Source: Synechococcales cyanobacterium
GTDB lineage: Bacteria > Cyanobacteriota > Cyanobacteriia > Leptolyngbyales > Leptolyngbyaceae
DNA length: 32,000 bases
Assembly (NCBI GenBank): GCA_043787635.1
Contig: JAYVUU010000133.1
Coordinates: 25,575-57,574 of the forward strand
Direction: 5' to 3'
Positions within the stretch are counted from its first letter, which is position 1. Each line of letters opens with the position of its first letter. Below are positions 7,357-16,186 of the stretch, in pieces. The notes beneath the pieces are model-generated. The model searched no databases. It saw nothing but the letters and a program-made list of their open reading frames with translations, and was not told the origin of the DNA. The position numbers and the translations under genes are program-made.

Positions 7357-9246
7357 CTATAAATCTAAAACAACACGACCAACCGGATGGGCGCTACAGG
7401 TTAGGACGTAATGGGCTTGTTCTGCATCCGTTAGAGCTGCTGGCGCGTTGTTTGGGTATTCCACCGTGCCCTCAACTAGCGTTTGTTTGCAGGTGCCACA
7501 GCTTCCCGATTGACAATCCGTTTCGATCGTAACCCCCGCCGCCGTCGCAATACTCAGAATAGATTTGCCACTGTCACAAGCAATCTCCTGACCAGATTTG
7601 CTGAAAACCAACGTAGCGGGCTTAACAACATTAGTCGCACCCGCATCAACAGCGACATCTGGTAGCACCCAGGTTGTGGAATCGGTTGGGTTCACTCCAG
7701 ATTTTAGAGTCGCTCCAAACTTTTCAATCAACGCTTGACGCAGAAACGGCTTCAGCTCCGTCATCGGAATGCTTTTCATCACCTTTTCACCCAGATGAGC
7801 ATCTTTGCCCACTTTGCCGCCCATAAACAAATCCACACCGGGAACAGCCTTGCCGTCTACCCGCGCTTTCGTTCCCATAAACCCAAAGTCCGCAACCTGA
7901 GGCTGACCGCAGGAATTAGGGCATCCCGTCCAATGCATTCTTACCGCCTTTGGGACATCTAACTCCGCATCTAGCAGCGTCGACATTTCGATCGCCTGAT
8001 TCTTGGTTTCAATCATAGCGAAATTGCAGAACTGCGCCCCCGTACAAGACACCATCCCACGGACGATCGGTCCAGGATTGGGGCTAAAGCGTTGCAGCAA
8101 TACTTCAGCATTAAATGGCTCTAACCGCGAATCAGGAATATTTGGAATAATGACATTCTGTTCAACCGTGAGCCGCATTTCACCGTCGCCATATACTTCA
8201 GCAAGGCGCGCCAATTCAAAAAAGTCATCCGCAACCATTCGTCCCGCCGGAATGTGTAATCCGGCATAGTTCAACCCCGGTTGCTTCTGGGGATAAATTC
8301 CTAGATGATCTCGTTTATCCCAATTAATTTCGTCCTTTGCCGCAGCAGGAGCCAACGATCGGCCCATTTGGGTTTCAACTTCAGATCTGAACTTTTCCAC
8401 TCCCCAAACATCAATCAACCACATCAACCGCGACTTTTGACGGTTGGCACGCGGTCCATGATCACGGTACACATCCAAAATTGCACCACACAAATCCACC
8501 ACATCACTCGGCGCAACCCAGACATTCATGGGAATTGCGGCTTCTACGCGAGTGGCTGAAAAGAACCCGCCGACGACTACATTGAATCCAATGACATCAT
8601 TCTGAAACGCCGGAACAAACGCAATGTCATTAATTTCGGCATGGATTGAATTGTCAGGGCAGCCCCCGATCGCAATATTGAACTTACGGGGCAGATTACT
8701 AAAGCGCGGGTTCCCTTGACCATTGCTTGTAATTAAATCCTGAACCTGTTGCGCCAATTCGCGAGTATCAATCAATTCAGCCGCATCAATTCCGGAGACA
8801 GGCGAGGCGGTGATATTGCGAACATTATCCATCCCCGATTGAACACAGGTTAAACCAACGCCTTCAAACTGCTGAAAAATCTCCGGCACATCTTCAATCC
8901 GAATACCCCGAAGTTGGATGTTTTGCCGGGTCGTGACATCTGCAACACCATCATCCCCATAGCGCTGAATTACATCCCCCAACACGCGAGATTGGGCGCT
9001 AGTCATGATGCCGCTGGGCAACCGCAACCGCACCATAAATTTCCCCGGTGTGACGGGCCGGAAAAAGATTCCTAACCATTTCAACCGATGGATCCGATCG
9101 GTTTCATCCATCGCTTCCCAACCAATAGAAGCAAAATGGTCAAGCTCAGATCTCACGTCAAGGCCATCCTTTTCGAGCTTGAACTTTTCAAACTTATTCA
9201 ATTTCTCGGCTTTTGCCGCAGGAGCCTTTTCGGATACGGGAGTCAT
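7357..9246 (-). CDS. nirA: Ferredoxin-nitrite reductase NirA with a C-terminal plant-type [2Fe-2S] ferredoxin domain
   Basis: Siroheme/[4Fe-4S] cysteines are present (SCTGAQFCNFA and WTGCPNSCGQ). The C-terminal roughly 90 aa contain C-x4-C-x2-C-x30-C (DCQSGSCGTCK...LTCSAHP). I place the start at ATG 9246 (MTPVSEK) because the longer ORF to 9363 would run through the NtcA promoter. Confidence 0.9.
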   Translation of the reverse strand: MTPVSEKAPAAKAEKLNKFEKFKLEKDGLDVRSELDHFASIGWEAMDETDRIHRLKWLGIFFRPVTPGKFMVRLRLPSGIMTSAQSRVLGDVIQRYGDDGVADVTTRQNIQLRGIRIEDVPEIFQQFEGVGLTCVQSGMDNVRNITASPVSGIDAAELIDTRELAQQVQDLITSNGQGNPRFSNLPRKFNIAIGGCPDNSIHAEINDIAFVPAFQNDVIGFNVVVGGFFSATRVEAAIPMNVWVAPSDVVDLCGAILDVYRDHGPRANRQKSRLMWLIDVWGVEKFRSEVETQMGRSLAPAAAKDEINWDKRDHLGIYPQKQPGLNYAGLHIPAGRMVADDFFELARLAEVYGDGEMRLTVEQNVIIPNIPDSRLEPFNAEVLLQRFSPNPGPIVRGMVSCTGAQFCNFAMIETKNQAIEMSTLLDAELDVPKAVRMHWTGCPNSCGQPQVADFGFMGTKARVDGKAVPGVDLFMGGKVGKDAHLGEKVMKSIPMTELKPFLRQALIEKFGATLKSGVNPTDSTTWVLPDVAVDAGATNVVKPATLVFSKSGQEIACDSGKSILSIATAAGVTIETDCQSGSCGTCKQTLVEGTVEYPNNAPAALTDAEQAHYVLTCSAHPVGRVVLDL

Positions 9247-9300
9247 AGCAGATGTTTGGGAATAGGGGTTCGGAAAATGTTCAGGCAGACTTAAAGCATT

Positions 9301-9342
9301 ACCGTAAAAGAGATTGAGTGTCCATTTCGTATCCAAAGCTAC
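9301..9342 (-). promoter_or_regulatory. NtcA-activated (class II) promoter of nirA
   Basis: GTA-N8-TAC lies at 9329-9342 (gtatccaaagctac). Exactly 22 nt downstream on the minus strand is TACGGT (complement of 9301-9306), which fits the TAN3T -10 box. The predicted TSS is near 9294, about 48 nt before the ATG at 9246. Confidence 0.7.
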
Positions 9343-9401
9343 GAAACCATAGGTTTGATGCAAAATCAGGATATGAAATATGCATAACTAGTATTAAGCC
9401 C

Positions 9402-10100
9402 TCACCCCGTGGACGATGTTTCAAGCTGCCATTTTTCATACAAATCAGGACGACGATCGCGAGTTCTACTGATTTGTTGGTTCCGTCGCCATGCTGCGAT
9501 CGCCGCGTGATTTCCCGATCGTAATACTTCGGGTACTTCTAACCCCTGATAGTCGGCAGGTCTCGTATAGTGGGGAAAATCTAACAGGCCATCTTCAAAG
9601 CTATCAAATTGATGGGATTCTTCTTTGCCAATAGTTCCCGGCATCAATCGCACAGTTCCATTAATCAGTGCTAAAGCCGGAATCTCGCCGCCCGTCAATA
9701 CAAAGTCACCCAGTGAGATTTCGCGAGTTACCACTGTCATCACTCGCTCATCTACGCCTTCGTAGTTGCCACAGAGGAGAATAAGCTGGTCATAGGTCAA
9801 CAGGCTTTTAAATAATGCCTGATCCATCGGCACCCCTTGGGGGGTGAAATAAATGATTTCTCGTGTGGGACATTGCGGCAAGGATTCGATCGCGGCAAAA
9901 ATGGGTTCCACCTTCATCACCATGCCCACCCCACCGCCATAGGGAATATCATCAACCTTGCGATGTTTGTCCGAGGCGAAGTCTCTGGGATTGGTGAAGT
10001 GGACTGTCGCGATTTCATTGGCGATCGCTTTGCCGATGAGTCCAGAACTCAAGGGCGAGTCAAAAAACTCAGGAAACAACGTAACCACATCAAACCGCAT
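9402..10100 (-). CDS. trmD: tRNA (guanine37-N1)-methyltransferase TrmD
   Basis: 232 aa. MRFDVVTLFPEFF, DIPYGGGVGMVMKVEP, CGNYEGVDERV and SLGDFVLTGGE are typical TrmD motifs. Confidence 0.92.
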   Translation of the reverse strand: MRFDVVTLFPEFFDSPLSSGLIGKAIANEIATVHFTNPRDFASDKHRKVDDIPYGGGVGMVMKVEPIFAAIESLPQCPTREIIYFTPQGVPMDQALFKSLLTYDQLILLCGNYEGVDERVMTVVTREISLGDFVLTGGEIPALALINGTVRLMPGTIGKEESHQFDSFEDGLLDFPHYTRPADYQGLEVPEVLRSGNHAAIAAWRRNQQISRTRDRRPDLYEKWQLETSSTG

Positions 10101-10153
10101 AGGGTTTCCTACTAACCATTAGAAAATTGAGCAGACTAAGACACCAAATATCG

Positions 10154-10318
10154 TTACAGGTCATCGTCTGTGTTGTCAGGCTTTGCGGTCATTCCTTCTT
10201 TGAATCCCTTTAATGTTTTACCAAAGCTGCCACCCAGTTCTGGAAGCTTTTTAGGTCCAAAAATAACAATAGCAATTAACAATACGATCGCGACTTCGGG
10301 CCAACCTAAATTAAACAT
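10154..10318 (-). CDS. tatA: Twin-arginine translocase subunit TatA/E (54 aa; below the ORF-track cutoff)
   Basis: Hand translation gives MFNLGWPEVAIVLLIAIVIFGPKKLPELGGSFGKTLKGFKEGMTAKPDNTDDDL. This has the TM helix, the FGPKKLPELG hinge and an amphipathic helix. Confidence 0.85.
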   Translation of the reverse strand: MFNLGWPEVAIVLLIAIVIFGPKKLPELGGSFGKTLKGFKEGMTAKPDNTDDDL

Positions 10319-10375
10319 AACCACTAACTCCTAGGGTGAATGAATACATTCTGACTAATTGTCTCATATCTAATT

Positions 10376-10415
10376 GAAAAGTCCGGCAACTAGATTCAAG
10401 TTACCGGGTTTTTCG
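10376..10415 (-). terminator. Candidate intrinsic terminator after dps
   Basis: On the minus strand, the stem CCGGTAAC/GTTGCCGG (one mismatch) is followed by CTTTTC, about 40 nt downstream of the dps stop. Confidence 0.4.
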
Positions 10416-10450
10416 TCTAATTTAAAATAATCAATTCAAGTTGAAAGCCA

Positions 10451-10969
10451 CTACTCCAAAAGACTTCTCAGCATCCAAGCATTTTTCTCATGCAGGTTCA
10501 TTCGTTGGGTGAGCAAATCAGCAGTGGGTTCGTCGTGGGCTTCAGACGCTTTTGGGTGGAGCGATCGGGCGGTGCGAACAACGGCCTCCTGACCTTCGAC
10601 TAATAGCTTAATCATTTCGTTCGCTTTGGGCACCCCAGCAGTTTCAGGAATAGAGGTGAGTTCTGCATATTGGCTATAGGTCGCGGGTGCGGGGTAGCCT
10701 AGGGCCCGAATTCGTTCGGCAATCATATCAACGGCTAATGCAAGTTCGGTATATTGCGTTTCAAACATCAGATGCAATGTATTGAACATTGGTCCAGTGA
10801 CGTTCCAGTGAAAATTGTGGGTTTTGAGATACAGCGTATAGGTGTCAGCCAAGAGACAGGAAAGCCCAAGGGCGATCGCCTCCCGTGATTCGGGTTCGAG
10901 ACCAGTATTAATCGGTGTTCCTGCCATTGCGATCGACAGCGCTGCGTCTTTCTTCTTACCCATGATCAA
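10451..10969 (-). CDS. dps: Dps-family DNA-protection/ferritin-like protein
   Basis: [35 protein letters not shown] and the ferroxidase-centre residues are typical of Dps. The exact start is uncertain (M1, M3 or M15). Confidence 0.9.
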   Translation of the reverse strand: MIMGKKKDAALSIAMAGTPINTGLEPESREAIALGLSCLLADTYTLYLKTHNFHWNVTGPMFNTLHLMFETQYTELALAVDMIAERIRALGYPAPATYSQYAELTSIPETAGVPKANEMIKLLVEGQEAVVRTARSLHPKASEAHDEPTADLLTQRMNLHEKNAWMLRSLLE

Positions 10970-11048
10970 TACCTGCGACTAACTTAACTATTTCTACCTT
11001 TCTACATCTAGCTTACCATATCGTTCTCGTAGTCATAATGACTATGAG

Positions 11049-11723
11049 TTATGGGATTACATTAGAGGTTAACTTGAGTTCTTCTTGGAGAATTTTTTTG
11101 TAGATTTGGGGTAGGCTGCTGCTCATGTCGTTGGTTTCGATGCCGTAGCCGAGGCTGGTCCAGGTGGGAGAGAGTTTTTCGAGGACGGTATTAATTTGGC
11201 CCGATTGTAGAAGTTTGCTGAGGTCGGCGTTCCAGGCATTTCGATCGCTCAGCCAGCGGTAGGTGACGACATCTTGGTACTGCGGCTCGAAGCTGTAATG
11301 TTGCCAAAGCCAGACTCCGGCGGCTCCGGGGTGATATTTTTTAGCTTGCTCTTCCCAGGTGGTGGTGATGAATTGGTAGCGTCCGGCGGCGGTGGAGCAG
11401 TTACCCAGGTTGGGACCGACGCTGATGGTGATGCATTGGTCGGGGTGCTGACCGTAGGTTTGGGTGCGACTGCCACCGTAGATGATGCTGTAGGGGTTAG
11501 AGACGTTGGATTCGCTGGCAGAGATAGTCCGCATGAGGGCGCGGATGTAGGGGTCGCCGCCTTCCATGGCTAGGGGTGCGTTTTCGCCTTTGAGTTCTGT
11601 GTTAAACCAGGAGAGACCCGTTCCAGCGCGGAGGTTGGTGAGGATGTACACCAGCCACAAAATGACGGTGCAATGAGTAAGAAATTTTCCGAGGGAGTAG
11701 TCGTTTTTTACGGCCATGTCCAT
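11049..11723 (-). CDS. Membrane-anchored lysozyme-like protein (lambda-R / GH104-type lytic transglycosylase fold)
   Basis: An N-terminal TM helix (HCTVILWLVYILTNL) is followed by SASESN...YGGS..F..Y..HP......STAAGRYQF...W. This parallels the phage lambda R motifs SEG / DHP / GAGRYQ. Confidence 0.65.
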   Translation of the reverse strand: MDMAVKNDYSLGKFLTHCTVILWLVYILTNLRAGTGLSWFNTELKGENAPLAMEGGDPYIRALMRTISASESNVSNPYSIIYGGSRTQTYGQHPDQCITISVGPNLGNCSTAAGRYQFITTTWEEQAKKYHPGAAGVWLWQHYSFEPQYQDVVTYRWLSDRNAWNADLSKLLQSGQINTVLEKLSPTWTSLGYGIETNDMSSSLPQIYKKILQEELKLTSNVIP

Positions 11724-11771
11724 GTTGCGTTGAGTTTACGGTGAGCCATTTGAGAACTGGGTGAGTTTAAG

Positions 11772-13388
11772 TTAGGTCGATCGATGAATCATTGGGGCTG
11801 CGCCTAATAGGGTTTGGGTATAAATGTGTTGGGGATGGTCAAAGATAACCGATGTTTGGTCAATTTCAATAATTTTACCGTGATACATAACGGCAATCCG
11901 ATCGCAGAAAAATCGTGCAACCCATAAGTCATGGGTGATGAATAGATAGGTTAATTCAAATTCTTCTTTTAGATCTTGCATTAAGTCTAAGACTTGGGTG
12001 CGGACGGTGGCATCGAGCATACTGACGGGTTCGTCGCAGATAATTAGTTTAGGGCGGGTAATGAGGGCACGGGCGATCGCAACCCGCTGTTGTTGACCGC
12101 CGGAAAGTTCGCTGGGGTAACGATCGAGGTAGGTTTTGGGTTCAAGTCCGACCCGGTGAAGTAGGGCTTCGACTTGGGGTTTGGCGGTGGTTACTGTAGC
12201 TATGTTATGAATCAGCAAGGGGTCGGCAATGCTTTCACCGACGGTCATGCGGGGATTTAGGCAGGCGCTAGGATCTTGGAAGATCATTTGAATATCGCAG
12301 CGTTGCTGTTGCATTCGTTTGTGGGTCAATTGGGCGAGGTTTTGACCCTGGAATTCAACGGTTCCGCTGGTGGGTTTGATCAGTTGCAGAATTGTTTTGG
12401 AAAGAGTAGATTTGCCGCAGCCGGATTCCCCGACAAGTCCGAGGGTTTCGTTGGTATGAATGATCAAATCTATGCCATCGACAGCGCGAATGGTCCGATC
12501 GTCTTTAGAAAAGAGGGTTGTAATTAGATTGCTTTTACGATCGTAATATTGTTTGAGATTGGTTAAGGTTAGAAGTGATTCAGGTTTGATTGGGTTTGTT
12601 TTTTTTGCGCGTCCTGTTTGTAAATATAAGGCGGAATTTAGAAGTTCTTGGGTGTATTGGTGTTGTGGATGATTAACAATTTTCTCGGTTGTATTCAGTT
12701 CAACTAGTTTGCCTTGGGAGATGACCGCTATTCGATCGCAGGTTTCGCTAACCATGGCGAGATCGTGGGAAATCAAAATCAAACTCATATTGCGTTCGGT
12801 GCAAAGTCGTTTGATTTCGATCAGAATTTCAGCAGCGACGGTCACATCTAAACTAGTGGTGGGTTCGTCGGCAATGATTAGTTTTGGATTGAGAATTAGG
12901 GCAAGGGCGATCGCAACCCGCTGACGCATTCCGCCGCTGAATTCGTGGGGATATTGATTCCACCGATCGGCTGGTATTTTGACGGCTTCCAATACTTCAT
13001 GGGCACGGGCGCGGGCTTCTTTTCGGGTGATGCCAATTTCGTGGGCCTGTAAGGTTTCGATGCAATGGTCACCGATCGTCAACAGCGGATTGAGCCGGGT
13101 CATGGGGTCTTGGAAGACTAATGCAACGGTTTCGCCTCGAAATTTGCGTAACCGATCGCCTGTGAGTCGTGCAATGTCTTGGCCTTCAAACAGGAGTTCG
13201 CCTTGAATAGTTGAGCCATTGGGTAGCATTTGTAGAATGGCTTTACCGATCGTCGATTTGCCGCTGCCAGATTCGCCCACGAGTCCTAGCCGTTCTCCGG
13301 GCTGTAGGGTGAAGGAAAGGTCTTCGACGACCCATTCGGTGGAGTTTGGGTAGGCGAGGTGGAGATGGTTGATTTGCAGGAGTGACAT
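11772..13388 (-). CDS. ABC transporter ATP-binding protein with duplicated ATPase domains (Dpp/Opp/Nik peptide-nickel family)
   Basis: It has two Walker A motifs (GESGSGKST, GESGCGKST), two signature motifs (FSGGMRQR, LSGGQQQR) and two Walker B motifs (IIADEPTTSLD, LIICDEPVSMLD). No permease gene is adjacent. Confidence 0.9.
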   Translation of the reverse strand: MSLLQINHLHLAYPNSTEWVVEDLSFTLQPGERLGLVGESGSGKSTIGKAILQMLPNGSTIQGELLFEGQDIARLTGDRLRKFRGETVALVFQDPMTRLNPLLTIGDHCIETLQAHEIGITRKEARARAHEVLEAVKIPADRWNQYPHEFSGGMRQRVAIALALILNPKLIIADEPTTSLDVTVAAEILIEIKRLCTERNMSLILISHDLAMVSETCDRIAVISQGKLVELNTTEKIVNHPQHQYTQELLNSALYLQTGRAKKTNPIKPESLLTLTNLKQYYDRKSNLITTLFSKDDRTIRAVDGIDLIIHTNETLGLVGESGCGKSTLSKTILQLIKPTSGTVEFQGQNLAQLTHKRMQQQRCDIQMIFQDPSACLNPRMTVGESIADPLLIHNIATVTTAKPQVEALLHRVGLEPKTYLDRYPSELSGGQQQRVAIARALITRPKLIICDEPVSMLDATVRTQVLDLMQDLKEEFELTYLFITHDLWVARFFCDRIAVMYHGKIIEIDQTSVIFDHPQHIYTQTLLGAAPMIHRST

Positions 13389-13466
13389 AGGAGCTTGGCT
13401 GGGGAGGTTGGGGGCTGTCCTTTGTTATCTGATGTCCCTGCGATTTTGTCAAAGGGAAGAGGTGAC

Positions 13467-13501
13467 TATCAGATTAATCATGTTTTTTGATTAATCTGAT
13501 A
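13467..13501. promoter_or_regulatory. Perfect 14-bp inverted repeat (TATCAGATTAATCA-n7-TGATTAATCTGATA); candidate operator
   Basis: Read directly from the sequence. It lies in the divergent intergenic region, 79-113 nt upstream of the ABC ATPase start and 180 nt upstream of the DUF2358 gene. Confidence 0.4.
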
Positions 13502-13680
13502 AATAGGCAGAAAAACTGGTGTCAAAATTGAATGGGTATTCCTAACTCACGCCCCGATCGTCCCTCATTTACTGAACGATCGACTCTGGCATTTCACCCG
13601 CGACAAGACAATCGTAGCTATTGATATGTCATAAAATGATAAATGTTTAACTGAACTCAACCCATTAGTAAGATTTCATC

Positions 13681-14073
13681 ATGGATCTTTTGAGCCAAAT
13701 TCGTCAAGACTACGATCGTTTCCCCCTTGAGCAAACCTACAGTCTCTATGCCAAAGACGTATTTTTCAAAGACCCAATGAACCAATTTCGAGGCGTGAAA
13801 AAGTATGAGACTATGATCAATTTTATTAGACGCTTTTTTAAATCCCCCAAACTCGACCTCCATGCCATTGAACAACACGGTCAGCAAATCCGCACCGACT
13901 GGACACTCAGTTGGACCACCCCATTACCGTGGCAACCCCGTATCAGCATCTCCGGCTGGAGCGAACTAAAAGTCGATGCGGCGGGATTAATAGCGGAACA
14001 TATTGATTACTGGAACTGCGATCGGTGGAACGTTGTTCAACAACACTTTCCAAAAAAGCAAGAACCCGGATAG
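13681..14073 (+). CDS. DUF2358-like (NTF2/SnoaL-like) conserved cyanobacterial/plant protein
   Basis: 130 aa. The start MDLLSQIRQDYDRFPLEQTYSLYAKDVFFKDPMNQFRGVKKYETMINFI matches what I remember of DUF2358. Confidence 0.7.
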   Translation: MDLLSQIRQDYDRFPLEQTYSLYAKDVFFKDPMNQFRGVKKYETMINFIRRFFKSPKLDLHAIEQHGQQIRTDWTLSWTTPLPWQPRISISGWSELKVDAAGLIAEHIDYWNCDRWNVVQQHFPKKQEPG

Positions 14074-14137
14074 AGATATGTCACAATGAGAACGGTTACA
14101 AAATGTAAACATTTCAACGTCTAAAGGATTTCGGCAC

Positions 14138-15313
14138 ATGCGTGTAATTTTGATGACAGGAAAAGGAGGCGTGGGGAAAACCTCCGTAGCCGCCGCAACG
14201 GGTCTTCGCTGTGCCGAATTGGGCTACAAAACCCTGGTGCTAAGTACGGACCCCGCCCATTCTCTGGCTGACAGTTTTGACATCGAACTCGGTCACGAAC
14301 CTAAGGAAATCCGTCCGAATCTTTGGGGGGCTGAGTTGGATGCGCTGATGGAATTGGAAGGCAATTGGGGCGCGGTCAAACGGTACATTACCCAGGTGTT
14401 GCAAGCCCGTGGTTTGGACGGTGTGCAGGCGGAAGAACTGGCGATCTTGCCGGGAATGGATGAGATTTTTGGTCTGGTGCGAATGAAGCGGCACTATGAC
14501 GAAGGGATTTATGATGCCCTGATTATTGACTCCGCGCCCACGGGGACCGCACTACGGCTCTTGAGTTTGCCGGAAGTGGGAGGTTGGTATATGCGGAAGT
14601 TTTATAAGCCGTTCCAAGGAATTTCTATGGCGCTACGGCCTTTGGTGGAGCCAATTTTTAAACCCCTTGCAGGTTTTTCTTTGCCAAACAAGGAAGTCAT
14701 GGATGCGCCCTATGAATTCTATGAACAAATTGAAGCCTTGGAAAAAGTTCTAACGGATCCAACCAAAACCTCTGTGCGCTTGGTGATGAACCCTGAAAAA
14801 ATGGTGCTTAAGGAATCGTTGCGCGCCCATGCTTACTTGAGTTTGTACAACGTTGCCACTGATATGGTCGTAGCCAATCGGATTATTCCCGATAGCGTGC
14901 AGGATCCGTTCTTCCAGCGTTGGAAAGATAGTCAGCAAAAATATCGTCAAGAGATTCATGACGATTTTCATCCATTGCCGATTAAAGAAGTGCCGTTGTA
15001 TTCTGAGGAAATGTGCGGACTGGAAGCGCTCGATCGGTTGAAGGAGACTCTTTTCCACGGGACTGAAGACCCCACCCAGGTCTACTACAAAGAAACAACT
15101 CTGCGCGTGGTGCAGCAGGATGGTGGCTACAGTCTAGAACTTTATCTTCCCGGCATTGAGAAGAACCAAGTTGAATTGACTAAAACAGGCGATGAACTGA
15201 ACATTCGTATTGGTAACCACCGACGGAATCTGGTCCTTCCCCAGTCTCTGGCCGCGCTCCAGCCGTCTGGCGCGAAAATGGATGAAGACTATCTAAAGAT
15301 TCGGTTTGCTTAA
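14138..15313 (+). CDS. ArsA/Get3 (TRC40)-family ATPase with a C-terminal HSP20/CS-like domain
   Basis: It has the deviant Walker [16 protein letters not shown] and the [12 protein letters not shown] and IIDSAPTG motifs. The C-terminal beta-rich segment [36 protein letters not shown] resembles an alpha-crystallin/CS fold. Confidence 0.85.
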   Translation: MRVILMTGKGGVGKTSVAAATGLRCAELGYKTLVLSTDPAHSLADSFDIELGHEPKEIRPNLWGAELDALMELEGNWGAVKRYITQVLQARGLDGVQAEELAILPGMDEIFGLVRMKRHYDEGIYDALIIDSAPTGTALRLLSLPEVGGWYMRKFYKPFQGISMALRPLVEPIFKPLAGFSLPNKEVMDAPYEFYEQIEALEKVLTDPTKTSVRLVMNPEKMVLKESLRAHAYLSLYNVATDMVVANRIIPDSVQDPFFQRWKDSQQKYRQEIHDDFHPLPIKEVPLYSEEMCGLEALDRLKETLFHGTEDPTQVYYKETTLRVVQQDGGYSLELYLPGIEKNQVELTKTGDELNIRIGNHRRNLVLPQSLAALQPSGAKMDEDYLKIRFA

Positions 15314-15334
15314 CGCTTAACCCGCCCATTGAAC

Positions 15335-15366
15335 AAAAAAGCAGGACGATCGCCCTGCTTTTTTAT
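15335..15366. terminator. Bidirectional intrinsic terminator between the ArsA-like gene and petG
   Basis: AAAAAAGCAGG-acgatcgc-CCTGCTTTTTT forms an 11-bp stem with a U-tract on either strand. It lies between two convergent genes. Confidence 0.75.
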
Positions 15367-15396
15367 TTAAGAAAATTACTAATTCAGCTAGCAATT

Positions 15397-15510
15397 CTAG
15401 GCATCGAACTGATTCGATCGGCGGTACTGCATATAGGCGGCGAAAAATAGACCAGCCAAGGTAATGGGAATCAGTCCAACAACAATACCCAACAAAATCG
15501 GTTCAACCAT
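15397..15510 (-). CDS. petG: Cytochrome b6-f complex subunit 5, PetG (37 aa; below the ORF-track cutoff)
   Basis: Hand translation gives [37 protein letters not shown]. This matches the PetG pattern MVEPLL.GIVLGL...TLAGLF.AAY.QY.R. Confidence 0.88.
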   Translation of the reverse strand: MVEPILLGIVVGLIPITLAGLFFAAYMQYRRSNQFDA

Positions 15511-15941
15511 GTCTTTTGCTCCTCATTCGCTACGGGTGAAGGCAGCGATACAAATGTTTTATACGTTTCGCTATCTTAATCGTTTTTAAGACCCGATCGG
15601 TCCAGAACATAAAAAACTGATGTGAGATCTAGATAAAACCTATCAACCTGCTGAAATCAACGGCTTTAGCTCTAGTGCGGAGGGTCTGAGGTTTGTTACG
15701 GTTTGTATACAGAAATCAATGGTCAACTAACCAACGTGAGTTCGGCATAAGAAAGAGTCTAAAAAAGGGCACCAAAGGAGATTTGGAGCTACGACACAAC
15801 CATTTTGCCCTAGGTTACGTTATGACCAGTTTAGAAAAATTGGGTTTCAATGCCCTAACTCAACTTTCTTCACAAAAAACTAGACAGAGAACAAGAGAGT
15901 CGCTAGTATGTGGGTGCGGCGTAAAGTCGTAAATTAGCCAC

Positions 15942-16013
<72 letters not shown>

Positions 16014-16186
16014 TTTTTGAAACCCGGTCGTTGACTGGGTTCTGTAGCATTTAGAGTCAGGTCGGGTAGAGTTCGCCCGTGGTCGTAGCGCTTCGCTTGG
16101 TTCAGGTGTAGGTGGTTGGGGAGTGGATTTATACTTATAATGGTAAGTGTATAAAAACAAACTATTTTTACTGGATAAATGGCGCT

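Noticed and set aside
15693-15932. 79-aa ORF in the petG/tRNA-Val spacer
   Set aside because: It has no recognisable motifs, no RBS, a basic low-complexity composition, and it ends 9 nt before the tRNA. It is probably non-coding, though the 430-nt spacer could hold an unrecognised sRNA.
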